Positions 17,840 through 27,500 of a DNA stretch of 64,000 bases are shown piece by piece. Within the stretch, counting starts at the first letter, position 1. Each line of letters starts with the position of its first letter. The stretch is taken from positions 1 to 64,000 of the IMG/VR virus record IMGVR_UViG_3300011774_000001. The stretch is one strand, 5' to 3'. This DNA is from a virus (taxonomy: Duplodnaviria > Caudoviricetes). The notes beneath the pieces were generated by a model. It ran no database searches, was not told the origin of the DNA, and saw only the letters and a list, made by a program, of their open reading frames with translations. The position numbers were made by a program, and so were the translations under genes.

Positions 17840-20041
17840 ATGTCAATTGATCTCAACACCGTCAGTCTCCCCTTCGACCGTTGGGGCACTGCTGCATCCA
17901 ACAAGCGAGTGGGGGAGCGACAAACTCTAACCAGCGTTGCCTGGACAGAGTTCAACATCCTGATCCCGAAGTATGCCCCGTATTACTCGGAGAGCATTGC
18001 CAACGATGGGATCATCCACATTCCAAGCGGTCGCCGTCTGGTTCGTGGTAAGGACTGGATCGAGGGATGGTACTTCCAATCCGCCTCTGGCGAGATCGGT
18101 CTGGACATCCACTGCTGCATCTACTTCTACGACCCAACCCTCGCAGGCGAATGCGAGATCGAGTCCTATCAAGCTATGGGTGGTGAGTGGCAGATCAATG
18201 GCCAGTTGCTTACTCAGATCTTGGCGCAGAAGCTGCTCAACCCTCTGCGTTACTACTGGGAACAGATCGCCGAATTGCCGGAGATCTTCAACCCACTGGA
18301 CCACGACCAGGACATCGAAGACTTCACCAAGCTGGGCAGCCTGATCGACGTACTGCGCGAAATCGCTGTCGCCATCGGCAAAGACGATCCGGCTATCCTG
18401 GCTCACATTGCCAACAAGAACAACCCGCACGGCACCAACAAGACTCACGTTGGTCTGCCGTTGGTTGAGAACTGGCGCCCTGCGCTGGTGACTGACTTGG
18501 TGGTAGGTTCGTTGACGTATGAAGCGTACATGAACCCGCCGATGACCTATCAGCTGATTCAGCGTACCGCGATTCCTGCGATCAACGCTCACGCTGCGCG
18601 GGTGGATAACCCACACAACACGCGTGCCGACCAAACCGGTGCTTACTTCAAGGCAGAAGTGGATGCCCTGCTGGAATCGTTGGCGCGTGGCCTGATCCAC
18701 AACCTTTACGCTTATCGCCTGGAAGGCAAGAGCGTAGCAGATATCGTGGCCATGGCGCGGGGTGACTCTGCTGGTAGTCTGGATGAACTGCGTGCCGCTA
18801 TCGCTGCTGCCAACGCTTCTGCGAATGCTCACGCCCAGCGCACTGACAACCCGCACAACACTCGGGCTGACAAGACTGGCGCCTACTTCACTACTGAAGT
18901 GGATGCATTGCTTGATGCACTGGCTGCTGGCACCCTGCATAACCTCTACGCGTTCCGTTTGGAAGGTAAGAGCGTTAACGACATTATCACGGCATCCATT
19001 GCCGGGGTAGTGGATCGCATGGATGAGATCAAGCAGGATGTGCTGGACACCCTGACCGCCACGTTGAACAACTACAAGGCTGTCGACACCACCAAGTTTG
19101 CCGGTAAAACGGAAGACCAGTGGGTGGACATCATTGATGGCAAGATCGTTGATGCGGTTAACCATTGGAACATCTGGCCACCGGGTGACGTGATCGGTAG
19201 TGAGACCGAGGCGAGCGTTATCCTCATTGCGGAAATGTCCGACTCTGAAGATTCTGGTGGTACTGACGCATCGCACCGTGGCAGCTTCGGCTTCCGCGTT
19301 CTGATGGGCGGTCCTAACACCACCTCGCCAACCAACTATGCCGACATCTTTGTGTCGCAGAGCACAGGCCAAGCGTGGGGCATCGCCTCTGCCGCATTGC
19401 CGACCGGTGTCTCGTTCTTCTTGGAGAACAAGTTCGGTGACGACGGTTCGCTGTGGGATGGCACCAAGCGTCTCTACATGCGCGCCCCTGCAGGCTTCGG
19501 TGCGGTAGACGTTACTGCATTCTCCATGACCGGTATTACGGTTCCGGGTGAGCAGGACATCTGGAAGCAGTCGACCTGGAACGGTTTAGGTACGCCGCTG
19601 GCCACTGTGAACATCGCATTGGTTACCAATGGCACCAAGGAAATGTCGGACGCCGTTCAAGGCAACGTCAACACCTTGACCACTGCAGTTACCAACCTCG
19701 GTACGCTGGCCCAGAACAATGCTACGAAGATTCTGGCACTGGAGAACAGCAACAAGGTTCGTTACTCGCAGAACCGCAGCATCCCAGCGGGTAACAAAGT
19801 GACCATCGACATGCAGACATTGGTGACCGACCCTGCTGACATCGCCAAGTACGACTATCTGGGTGCCCGTGTCACCGTGTTGCTCCTGGACGCTGTCACT
19901 GGCTCCGATACCAAGGACTCGTACATCGACTCTGCGCAAACTGTGGTCAAGGCTATCCGTGGCAGCCGCTATCTGGATCTGTGGAACTACGATACGGTTG
20001 CGGCTACGGTTGCGGTACGGATCGAGCTGCCATTGCTCTAA
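17840..20041 (+). CDS. Tail fibre protein (phiKZ gp145/146-like N-terminus) with NPH repeats
   Basis: N-terminal PFD..G...SN...GE and PKYAPYY motifs; H..N..NPH.T repeats; 80-aa internal duplication. Confidence 0.8.
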   Translation: MSIDLNTVSLPFDRWGTAASNKRVGERQTLTSVAWTEFNILIPKYAPYYSESIANDGIIHIPSGRRLVRGKDWIEGWYFQSASGEIGLDIHCCIYFYDPTLAGECEIESYQAMGGEWQINGQLLTQILAQKLLNPLRYYWEQIAELPEIFNPLDHDQDIEDFTKLGSLIDVLREIAVAIGKDDPAILAHIANKNNPHGTNKTHVGLPLVENWRPALVTDLVVGSLTYEAYMNPPMTYQLIQRTAIPAINAHAARVDNPHNTRADQTGAYFKAEVDALLESLARGLIHNLYAYRLEGKSVADIVAMARGDSAGSLDELRAAIAAANASANAHAQRTDNPHNTRADKTGAYFTTEVDALLDALAAGTLHNLYAFRLEGKSVNDIITASIAGVVDRMDEIKQDVLDTLTATLNNYKAVDTTKFAGKTEDQWVDIIDGKIVDAVNHWNIWPPGDVIGSETEASVILIAEMSDSEDSGGTDASHRGSFGFRVLMGGPNTTSPTNYADIFVSQSTGQAWGIASAALPTGVSFFLENKFGDDGSLWDGTKRLYMRAPAGFGAVDVTAFSMTGITVPGEQDIWKQSTWNGLGTPLATVNIALVTNGTKEMSDAVQGNVNTLTTAVTNLGTLAQNNATKILALENSNKVRYSQNRSIPAGNKVTIDMQTLVTDPADIAKYDYLGARVTVLLLDAVTGSDTKDSYIDSAQTVVKAIRGSRYLDLWNYDTVAATVAVRIELPLL

Positions 20042-20100
20042 CCTTCAATGGACGCCCCTCTCGTAGGGGCTAGTCCGCGTTCGATTCAGGAGCATTCTTT

Positions 20101-21564
20101 ATGTCCCTTCGCCCGTTTAAGTTCGAGGTTGATAACACGGGTGTCAACCCGAACAACCTCGTACCTGCAGAGGCGCACACCCTGCAAGCGACAGGTAAGC
20201 GCTTCATTGTGACCGATCATGGTCCGTTCTATACGGGCTCTCTGATCCTGACCGACTTGGCAACCGGTCAGACATTGGCACCCCGCACCCAGTACACCGC
20301 GATTCAGCTGGAAGAAGATGCAACCGTTGAATCCGGTAAGGAAGTCTGCTCGATCATCATCATTGATGACCCGAAGGTTTCCAACCGTGTGGCTGTAACC
20401 TATCAAGCCTACGGCGGCTGGATGAGTTACTCGGTGACCGCCATCATCGAAATGATCGAAGCTTTGGATCTGGACAACCGTGAGATCCACTGGGCCGACA
20501 TTGTGGGCAAGCCCGATCGTTATCCACCGGCACCTCACCAACACCCGCTGTCCGACATCTACGGTTGGCACAAACTGTTCCCATCGCTCAATGCTATCCG
20601 TGAGGCTATCCTCGCTGGTGACCAGGCGGTGTTCGACCAGATCCGTGCATCGTTTGCGGCAGAGATTGCCAGGCTGGATGCCAAAGATGCTGACTTGCTG
20701 AACAAGCTGAACAAGCACGTCAGTGACTTCGCTAACCCACACCAGGTGACCATCCACCAAATCGACGGCCTGTCTTCCAGCGAGATCTATGCGCTGCTGG
20801 CCTTGAAGTTGGACAAGACTGGTACCGCGGTCAACTCGCTGAAACTGGAAGGGCGTACGTTCCTCCAGACTCGCGATGAGATTGTGAACTCCATTCAGAA
20901 CCCTGAACTGGATAACGGTCTGTTCAACAAGCCAAACCTGGGTGAGAACTGGAACACCAGTGACACCTCGTTGGTGTTGACCCGTGATGGCTGGAAGAAC
21001 TTCAAGGCGCATGAAACGGCCTTTGGTCGCAACATCACTCAGTTGGGCGGCTACACCACTGCCGAGACATTGTCTCTGCTGGCACAGCGTCTGCCGATCG
21101 GTGGTACTGCGGTGAACGCCAATGGCTTGGAAGGTCGCTCCTTTGCAGGGACTCGTGCAGAGATCGTAGGTTCCATCCAGAACCCTGAGTTGACCCGCGG
21201 TTACTTCAACAAGAACAACCTCGGTGAAAACTGGAACCCTGCCAACAACAAACTGGTACTGACCGCAACGGGTTGGCGCGAGTTTGCCACCATGGCAGGC
21301 GAGAACGGTCTGGACGGCGGTTCCCTGATCTGGTCGGGCGGCATGCGTTGGGCTCAGGTTCAAACGGCCTACGCAGACAACACCCGCTACAAGCCAGGCA
21401 CTGCGGTGATCTTCGTGTACACCAACTACAATGTTTGGGGTACGGGTAACGGTACGGCTTCGACCTCCGTAGACACTTACGGCATCATGGTCAAGATTGC
21501 TCCGGGTCAATGGATCTTGGTAGCGACTTCTGGCCCAGCCACTAACCAGGCCAACACTCTGTAA
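20101..21564 (+). CDS. Tail fibre protein 2 (same N-terminal family)
   Basis: D.TG.NPNNLV..E.H, GPFY, W.DI.GKP..YPP.PH.H...DIYG, NPHQVT motifs; 94-aa internal duplication. Confidence 0.8.
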   Translation: MSLRPFKFEVDNTGVNPNNLVPAEAHTLQATGKRFIVTDHGPFYTGSLILTDLATGQTLAPRTQYTAIQLEEDATVESGKEVCSIIIIDDPKVSNRVAVTYQAYGGWMSYSVTAIIEMIEALDLDNREIHWADIVGKPDRYPPAPHQHPLSDIYGWHKLFPSLNAIREAILAGDQAVFDQIRASFAAEIARLDAKDADLLNKLNKHVSDFANPHQVTIHQIDGLSSSEIYALLALKLDKTGTAVNSLKLEGRTFLQTRDEIVNSIQNPELDNGLFNKPNLGENWNTSDTSLVLTRDGWKNFKAHETAFGRNITQLGGYTTAETLSLLAQRLPIGGTAVNANGLEGRSFAGTRAEIVGSIQNPELTRGYFNKNNLGENWNPANNKLVLTATGWREFATMAGENGLDGGSLIWSGGMRWAQVQTAYADNTRYKPGTAVIFVYTNYNVWGTGNGTASTSVDTYGIMVKIAPGQWILVATSGPATNQANTL

Positions 21565-21573
21565 GGAGGCATC

Positions 21574-22146
21574 ATGGACATTGCTACATTGACCGGTGCC
21601 TTTGCACAAGCGCCGAGTATTGTGGGTGGTAAGGTCAAGGTTTGGTTGATCTTCAACCGAGCCAATGGCGTGTACTGGGGTTTCGCCCAATACGACGACG
21701 ACCATGCGTTTGATGAAGACTACTTCGTCTTGGTTGAAGCGGAGATGGATGCCACCTATGAAGGCGTGGTTGGGACTTATCCCGATTACAAGATCATGGC
21801 CAAGGCAGACATGCCTCAGGAAATCGACGAGGCAATGCTCAATGCAATGACCTCTGCGAATATCGAAGCCCGCTACCCCGTGACCAAGCAGATCAACAAT
21901 CTGTCGGCCGTGGTTCTGCTGCTTGCCCAAACGGCGGGCCTGCAAGACAACGAGCTGGTCATGGCGCTGCAGGAACAGGTGGATGAAATCGCCGACATCT
22001 TGCGCAACAACTCTCTGCGTAAGCAGGGCTACGCGGGTAACGATGCGTTCAAGTACGTCACTACCGACGAACGTGCACGCGCCGAGAACTCCAAGTACGA
22101 AGGTGGTCTGCATGAACTCATGGGCCCAAGAACGGTTGTATCCTGA
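21574..22146 (+). CDS. Putative tail-fibre assembly/accessory protein
   Basis: Strong TAAGGAGG RBS; directly follows the fibre gene; helical C-terminus (IEARYPVTKQINNL). Confidence 0.55.
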   Translation: MDIATLTGAFAQAPSIVGGKVKVWLIFNRANGVYWGFAQYDDDHAFDEDYFVLVEAEMDATYEGVVGTYPDYKIMAKADMPQEIDEAMLNAMTSANIEARYPVTKQINNLSAVVLLLAQTAGLQDNELVMALQEQVDEIADILRNNSLRKQGYAGNDAFKYVTTDERARAENSKYEGGLHELMGPRTVVS

Positions 22147-22618
22147 CCTTCTAAGTCCAGCCACCTGTCAGGAGATGCTGGAGCGGTGTAAAGCCCTCCA
22201 GCCTTTCCATTGGGTAAAGGTAGATCGAGCTGTGGGTAAGCAGGGGTATGCCGGGGCTTGGTCCCGGTATGCCTATGCCACGCAAGATTCAATGCCTCCT
22301 GAAATGGCAGAATGGATCTGGGCACAAGCACCCAGTAATCCTGGCTGGGAGTTGGGACGTTTTACCGTAAACCGGTATCGCGTCGGGGAATACATTGGTC
22401 TGCATAAAGACCGTGGCACCCACGATCTGAATTTGATTATCCCATTGCAAAGCGGGGCTGACGGCGTCTGTATTGAAGACGTTGTGTATCCTGACATAGC
22501 TGGCAGTGGACGACTCCATATCTACAACGGCAAACCTCATTGCGTCCCACCTGTCAGTCAGGAGCGGTACGTGGTGATTTACCTGTACAAAGAGGTAGGT
22601 ATCCATGATCAAGGATAA
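22112..22618 (+). CDS. 2OG-Fe(II) dioxygenase (AlkB/prolyl-hydroxylase-like fold)
   Basis: VNRY..GEYIGLHKD (HxD), distal H in PHCVPPV, 2OG-binding R in ERYVVIY; start placed at ATG 22112 by alignment with the paralogue at 23275. Confidence 0.85.
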   Translation: MNSWAQERLYPDLLSPATCQEMLERCKALQPFHWVKVDRAVGKQGYAGAWSRYAYATQDSMPPEMAEWIWAQAPSNPGWELGRFTVNRYRVGEYIGLHKDRGTHDLNLIIPLQSGADGVCIEDVVYPDIAGSGRLHIYNGKPHCVPPVSQERYVVIYLYKEVGIHDQG

Positions 22619-23270
22619 TTTGGGCCCAGACATTCAACGTTTGGCCCCGCTCACCGACGAGCAGCTCAAAGGCCTGATTGCCTACGCTGACTCGCACACG
22701 ATGTTCCCAGGCAATTTCCCGCACATGGGTATCCATGGTCGTGACAATGTCTCGGTCTATCTGCAACACTCGATGTACAAGCAGCCGGTGCGTGATCGCA
22801 AAGCCCTGCGTGAGTTCATGCCGAGCCTGCATGAGCAAGCCATCCTGGAATACTTCTTGGAGTACCCGGCCAAGCGTGGTTTCCTGGACCTGCAGACGTA
22901 TTGGATCGGTAAGCGTCCTTCCATGCGGATCGCTGCGTGGTGTCTGTCCGAGACGGCTACCTTCCAGAGCTGCCGCAACATCACCAACCCATCGTTCTCT
23001 CTGAAAGATACCATCCCAGTTGGTGATCTGGTGTCTGACGGTGAGCGCACTGAATTGGTGACGCTGGAGAATGCCGAGTATTGGGCCAACCGTGACGACA
23101 TCATTCGTCAGAACGCACCTGTTGAACACAACTTCAAACAGGGCGAAGGTTTCCTGCTCAGCCTGAACAACGCACACGCTGTGCAAATCCAGCCAACCAC
23201 CCAGCGTTGGTTCTGCCTGGGGCTCATGATGAGTCCCGAAGACATCCACGCTCCCAAGACTTGGATCTAA
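22605..23270 (+). CDS. Divergent double-stranded beta-helix (cupin/2OG-oxygenase-like) protein
   Basis: FKQGEGFLL...HAV...QRW pattern matches the C-terminal half of the fold; no HxD; GAGG RBS. Confidence 0.55.
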   Translation: MIKDNLGPDIQRLAPLTDEQLKGLIAYADSHTMFPGNFPHMGIHGRDNVSVYLQHSMYKQPVRDRKALREFMPSLHEQAILEYFLEYPAKRGFLDLQTYWIGKRPSMRIAAWCLSETATFQSCRNITNPSFSLKDTIPVGDLVSDGERTELVTLENAEYWANRDDIIRQNAPVEHNFKQGEGFLLSLNNAHAVQIQPTTQRWFCLGLMMSPEDIHAPKTWI

Positions 23271-23274
23271 GCTC

Positions 23275-23784
23275 ATGGACTTTGACAAGACATTGGGGTT
23301 TCAGTCGATCCCAGGATTGATTGATCCAGTCACCTGCGAAGTGCTCAAAGAAGCCCTCGAACGCCTGCCTGCCCAATACTGGGCATTGCGTGATGTACTG
23401 GCTCCCGGTCGTGGTTACTCAGGCGAGTCCTGTCGATACCACTGGGCAGGCCCTGGGACGCTCCCTAAAGAGCTTTATCAGTCTTTGGTGGACATTGCCC
23501 CTAAGCACCCTGATCTCGACCTGTACGAGGCTTGTGTGAACCGCTATGAGCCAGGTGATTACATCGGTCGTCATCGAGATCGTGATGGCAGCATTCTGAA
23601 CATCACGATTCCTTTGCAGGCTGAAGGCGATGGGTTGGCACTCGATGAGGCCTTCTGCCCTGATGTCGTTGGTCAAGGTAACCTGCTTTACAAGTCTGGC
23701 CCTGCACACTCTGTACCGCCTGCCAAACACAGGCGCTTTGTTCTGATCTTTCTTTACACGGAGAAGCCTCATGCTCACCGTTAA
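23275..23784 (+). CDS. 2OG-Fe(II) dioxygenase, paralogue of 22112..22618
   Basis: VNRYEPGDYIGRHRD, AHSVPP, RRFVLIF. Confidence 0.85.
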   Translation: MDFDKTLGFQSIPGLIDPVTCEVLKEALERLPAQYWALRDVLAPGRGYSGESCRYHWAGPGTLPKELYQSLVDIAPKHPDLDLYEACVNRYEPGDYIGRHRDRDGSILNITIPLQAEGDGLALDEAFCPDVVGQGNLLYKSGPAHSVPPAKHRRFVLIFLYTEKPHAHR

Positions 23785-24466
23785 CCGCCTTGGCAACAGC
23801 TGGGCTGCCGCTACTGATCCGAAGTCCGGTGAGTTGGTTCTGATTCATCTGGACAGTCTGCGTCAGGAAACGACCGACCCACTTGACCCGTCCGCTGTGA
23901 TCTCCACCTTCAGCTATCTTCGTCGTGCTCAGCCGATGGATGGCGAGGTGGTCAAGCCTACCGCCGACGACCTCAAGAAAGCAAAACACTTCCCTAACGA
24001 GGTGGTTCTGCTGATGGGTCTCGCCGATGGTGAAAACCCTGCACGCTTGTTCGATCAAGTGGTGTACGTGTTGTTCGCCGTGCTCTTCGAAACACATCCT
24101 CCGATGACCTACGAAGAGTATCAACTGTACCTCAAGCAAACCCCTCGTTACGGTCGCACCTACATGGCGCAGCCAAACACCGCCAGTCCTACCGGTCGCT
24201 TTGCTGCGTGGAACATTTTGTTCACTCGCACTTACGGCCTGAACGACAAGGGCATCTTCACCAAACTGTCGGCCAAGGCTAAGTACCGCTTTGGCTACAT
24301 GGGTGGTAATGAGGTGTTCCCTGGCTCGATCTACAACTTCCCACAAGGCTTCATTCTGGAGCGTGATGTGGAAGGTCATGACTTTATCGAGATCATGTCC
24401 AACCTCCTTACCGCTGCCAGTCAGAGCGAAGACGTGGCCAAGGTTGAGCCGTACTGGGTCCAGTAA
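23771..24466 (+). CDS. Hypothetical protein, last gene of the fibre/oxygenase operon
   Basis: GGAG RBS; overlaps upstream stop; followed by a terminator hairpin. Confidence 0.75.
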   Translation: MLTVNRLGNSWAAATDPKSGELVLIHLDSLRQETTDPLDPSAVISTFSYLRRAQPMDGEVVKPTADDLKKAKHFPNEVVLLMGLADGENPARLFDQVVYVLFAVLFETHPPMTYEEYQLYLKQTPRYGRTYMAQPNTASPTGRFAAWNILFTRTYGLNDKGIFTKLSAKAKYRFGYMGGNEVFPGSIYNFPQGFILERDVEGHDFIEIMSNLLTAASQSEDVAKVEPYWVQ

Positions 24467-24473
24467 ACGCTGC

Positions 24474-24506
24474 CCCGCCTTCCCTACGGGGAGGGCGGGC
24501 GTATGC
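24474..24506 (+). terminator. Hairpin followed by TATGC
   Basis: CCCGCCTTCCC-TAC-GGGGAGGGCGGG then CGTATGC. Confidence 0.75.
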
Positions 24507-24535
24507 TATGATTCTCAATCCACAGGAGCAGTCCA

Positions 24536-27500
24536 ATGGCCGCTTACAACGTCTGGTTCGATAAAGAACCTGGCCGCTACACCAGTCCCCAGACCATTGG
24601 CTGGACTGTGTCTGATCAGGTTGACTTCTTCGCCATCTCCCAGGGCGATACCCCTGCCGCGATCTCGGAATACATTGCCTATGACACCCTAACGCCACCT
24701 AACCCGTTTATTGCAGTGACACAGGACGGTACAGGTAATGTTGTTTATGACGGGGGCTTCCCCAAGTTCATGAACGCCTCCTCTCCACCTTCCGGGATCA
24801 ACGCATCGATCACCATGGAGTTCAAGGCAACCAACGATGGTTCGTCCACCACGGGAAATGCCTACTACTACAACGCCTTCAGCGACCTGGCCGTCACCAT
24901 TGCTGCAGGCGACCGGCTGGTGTATGACATGTTGCAAGACAGTGCCAACGCCCGCGTGGGTATTGACGCCGTTACGACCAACAGTGCTCAGACCGACCCC
25001 AATCACTATTCGATGCGAGACTGGGGGCAGCCGATCAGTGTGCTACATGACCAGAATGGATTGAGTGTTCACCCGGCCAGTGATCTGGGTAACCGCGCCG
25101 TTAACCAGTGGTACCACCGCGAGTTCGACCTGTCCGCCTGTGCAGGCTATACGTTCGTTAAATGGTCCATGGCCTACGAGGGTGAAATCCCAGGTACGTT
25201 TGCCACTCGTTTCCGCGATGTCTACATCTTGGACAGCACTGGCAAGATCAAGGCGATTCTGTTTAAGGACACCATGCGTCTGCCCGGTAACTCCTCCACT
25301 GAGGTTGGTGCCTCGGGTTACACCAACCTGTCCAAGACGCTGTACGATCCGCGCTCGCAGTTGGCAGGTTCTTACAAGTACCTGTTCAACGCAATTCACT
25401 TCTGCTCCAATGCAAAAAAGAACGCTGCAGGTAATAAGAAGATTCTGATCCTGGGTGACCACACCAATGCGTCTTCGACCTATGCGGTGAAGAGCACCGC
25501 CGCCAGTGGTTTCATGACCAGCATGACCAACCTGTGCGCAGCCCTGGGCTACACACCCACGTTCAAGGACTTGAGCGATTATGGTGGTGCCCAGCTGAAC
25601 CCGACGCTGGCAGAGCTGGAACAATACAGTCTGGTGTTGATGTTCTCCACCCAATATAACCAGCAGAACGCTCCACTCATTACATCCGCAGCGGTGGATG
25701 CGTTTGTGGCTTACCGGTCAGCTGGTAGTGGCATCATTCTGATCACCGACCACGGTAGTTCCGTAATCACGGACATCGGTCAGGTTAACTTGGAGGTGGC
25801 TACTTCTGCCGGCTTCTATGGCACCTGTAACCGGATCGCCACTCGCTTTGGTGCTTGGTTCACAGGCAACTTTGACCGCACGCCGGTGAACGTAGGGTTT
25901 CTGCGCAGCACCTACGGGGAGCATCCGTTGTGGGCTGGGATGACCAATGATGAGAGCATCATTGCCGGGGGTTCTGAGTCCAAGGTGATGATCACCCCGT
26001 TCACCAAGTACACCAAGCTGAGTCTACCCCCCGCTATCAGTCTGCAAACCCCGCAGCGCAAAGTGGTGCAGGTAACGGCTAAGCTCAAAAACGGTGAGGC
26101 TGAAACCTTCCGTGTGGTGTTCATCTATGGTGACGGTTCTCTGATCAAGTGGGTTGACAGCAATCGCAATGAAGTAACGGCGGTTGACACCAAGTACGCT
26201 TGGAGCTTCTTGGTTGATCTGGCCCTCGATACCGTTGGGTTGGGTACATTGACGGGTTCCATCTACCACAACACTGTCAAGATCGGTGAGATTGTTTCAA
26301 CAGATGCTGGTGGTCCAGTGGTGACGTTCTACGCAGGGTCCTTGGCAGGTCACCGTTTCTTGAATGGAGATGTGTTGAAGGCTGCATTGGAAAACCCGAT
26401 CAGTGCCTCTGCTTCGATCACCGTTAGCCGAATCAACCTTGAACAACTCAAGGGACGTTCGCTGCCTGAGATCGCGCAGATGATCTCCCACAAGTACGGT
26501 GCAGGTACGGTCGCTGGCGATGCTGCCAAATTCCCGCAGCGGGCAATCATTGCCGCCGGTCGAGGGATCAAGTCGATCCTGCCCAAAGGTGCTTCGATTG
26601 ATGGGTATGGGTTGGTATTGGACTGGAATGATGCGGCGAGAAACATCCGCCTGATCAAAGAGTTCGCTAAGGGGAACTTCCCACTGGCACCTCTGAACGT
26701 TCTGCTGTATGAAGACCAGACCAAGGCCAACGTGGCCATGGCCAACTTCACCCCACCAACGCCCAAGCAGATCTTCGACACCTGGGGACGGTTCTCGAAT
26801 CAGGAATGGTACGAGCCAGGAGTTGTGCCTCCAGCGTCTTCTGAGGCGTCTGGCTGGACATGGGATGCCGCTTCCAATAGTGCCAAGTCTACGGTCAACT
26901 CTGCAAGCACAATTGGCTTTGTGTCCAAGGAGAAGGTAGAGGAGTACACCCACGACGTAACCCTCTCGTCTTCCAATGCGGATGATGATTGTGTCTGTGT
27001 GGTGATCGCTGCCACCAAGACAGGGAACCTGGTAGAGCATCTGTGTGTGGTGTTCTCGCCGGGTGGGTTTGGTTCTGCTCCAGTGACCCTGCAGTACAAC
27101 TTGGCGACTACAGGTGCTAAGGTACTGGTGTCTCGCAGTGTAATTGCGTTCGGTACACCTAACAGTGGACTGACGCCGTGGAGCGGTCGCAGTATTCGGG
27201 CTAACATCAGTCGTCGGGGATCGAGCATCAGTGTTTCCTACACGAACTGGAACGATCCGTTGGGTCCTTTGGTGGATACCTTCACGTTTGACATGGCCTC
27301 TGATCCGGTCTTGACAAACCTGTTAGGCCCACAGTCGTACGGCTACGCAGCGATGTCTCAGCCTGACGTGACCTTCCAAGGCATTACGTTCTTGGGTGGT
27401 GTACTGCTCAACACCCTGTCTGTGGCGTCTACAGGCGCAGTGTATCGTTGGAATGGATCGGCTTGGGCCCCACTGCCTAACACTAAGCTGAAAGACATCT

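Noticed and set aside
20050-20090. GTTCGATTC (T-loop-like) next to a hairpin between the fibre genes
   Set aside because: The gap is only ~60 nt and lacks acceptor, D and anticodon arms, so it is not a tRNA.
18584-21290. Fibre repeats as DGR template/variable repeats
   Set aside because: Differences are not adenine-specific, both copies are in-frame coding, and no reverse transcriptase is present.
21923-22111. N-terminal extension of the first oxygenase ORF in the ORF track
   Set aside because: Overlaps the upstream gene; alignment with the paralogue places the start at ATG 22112.
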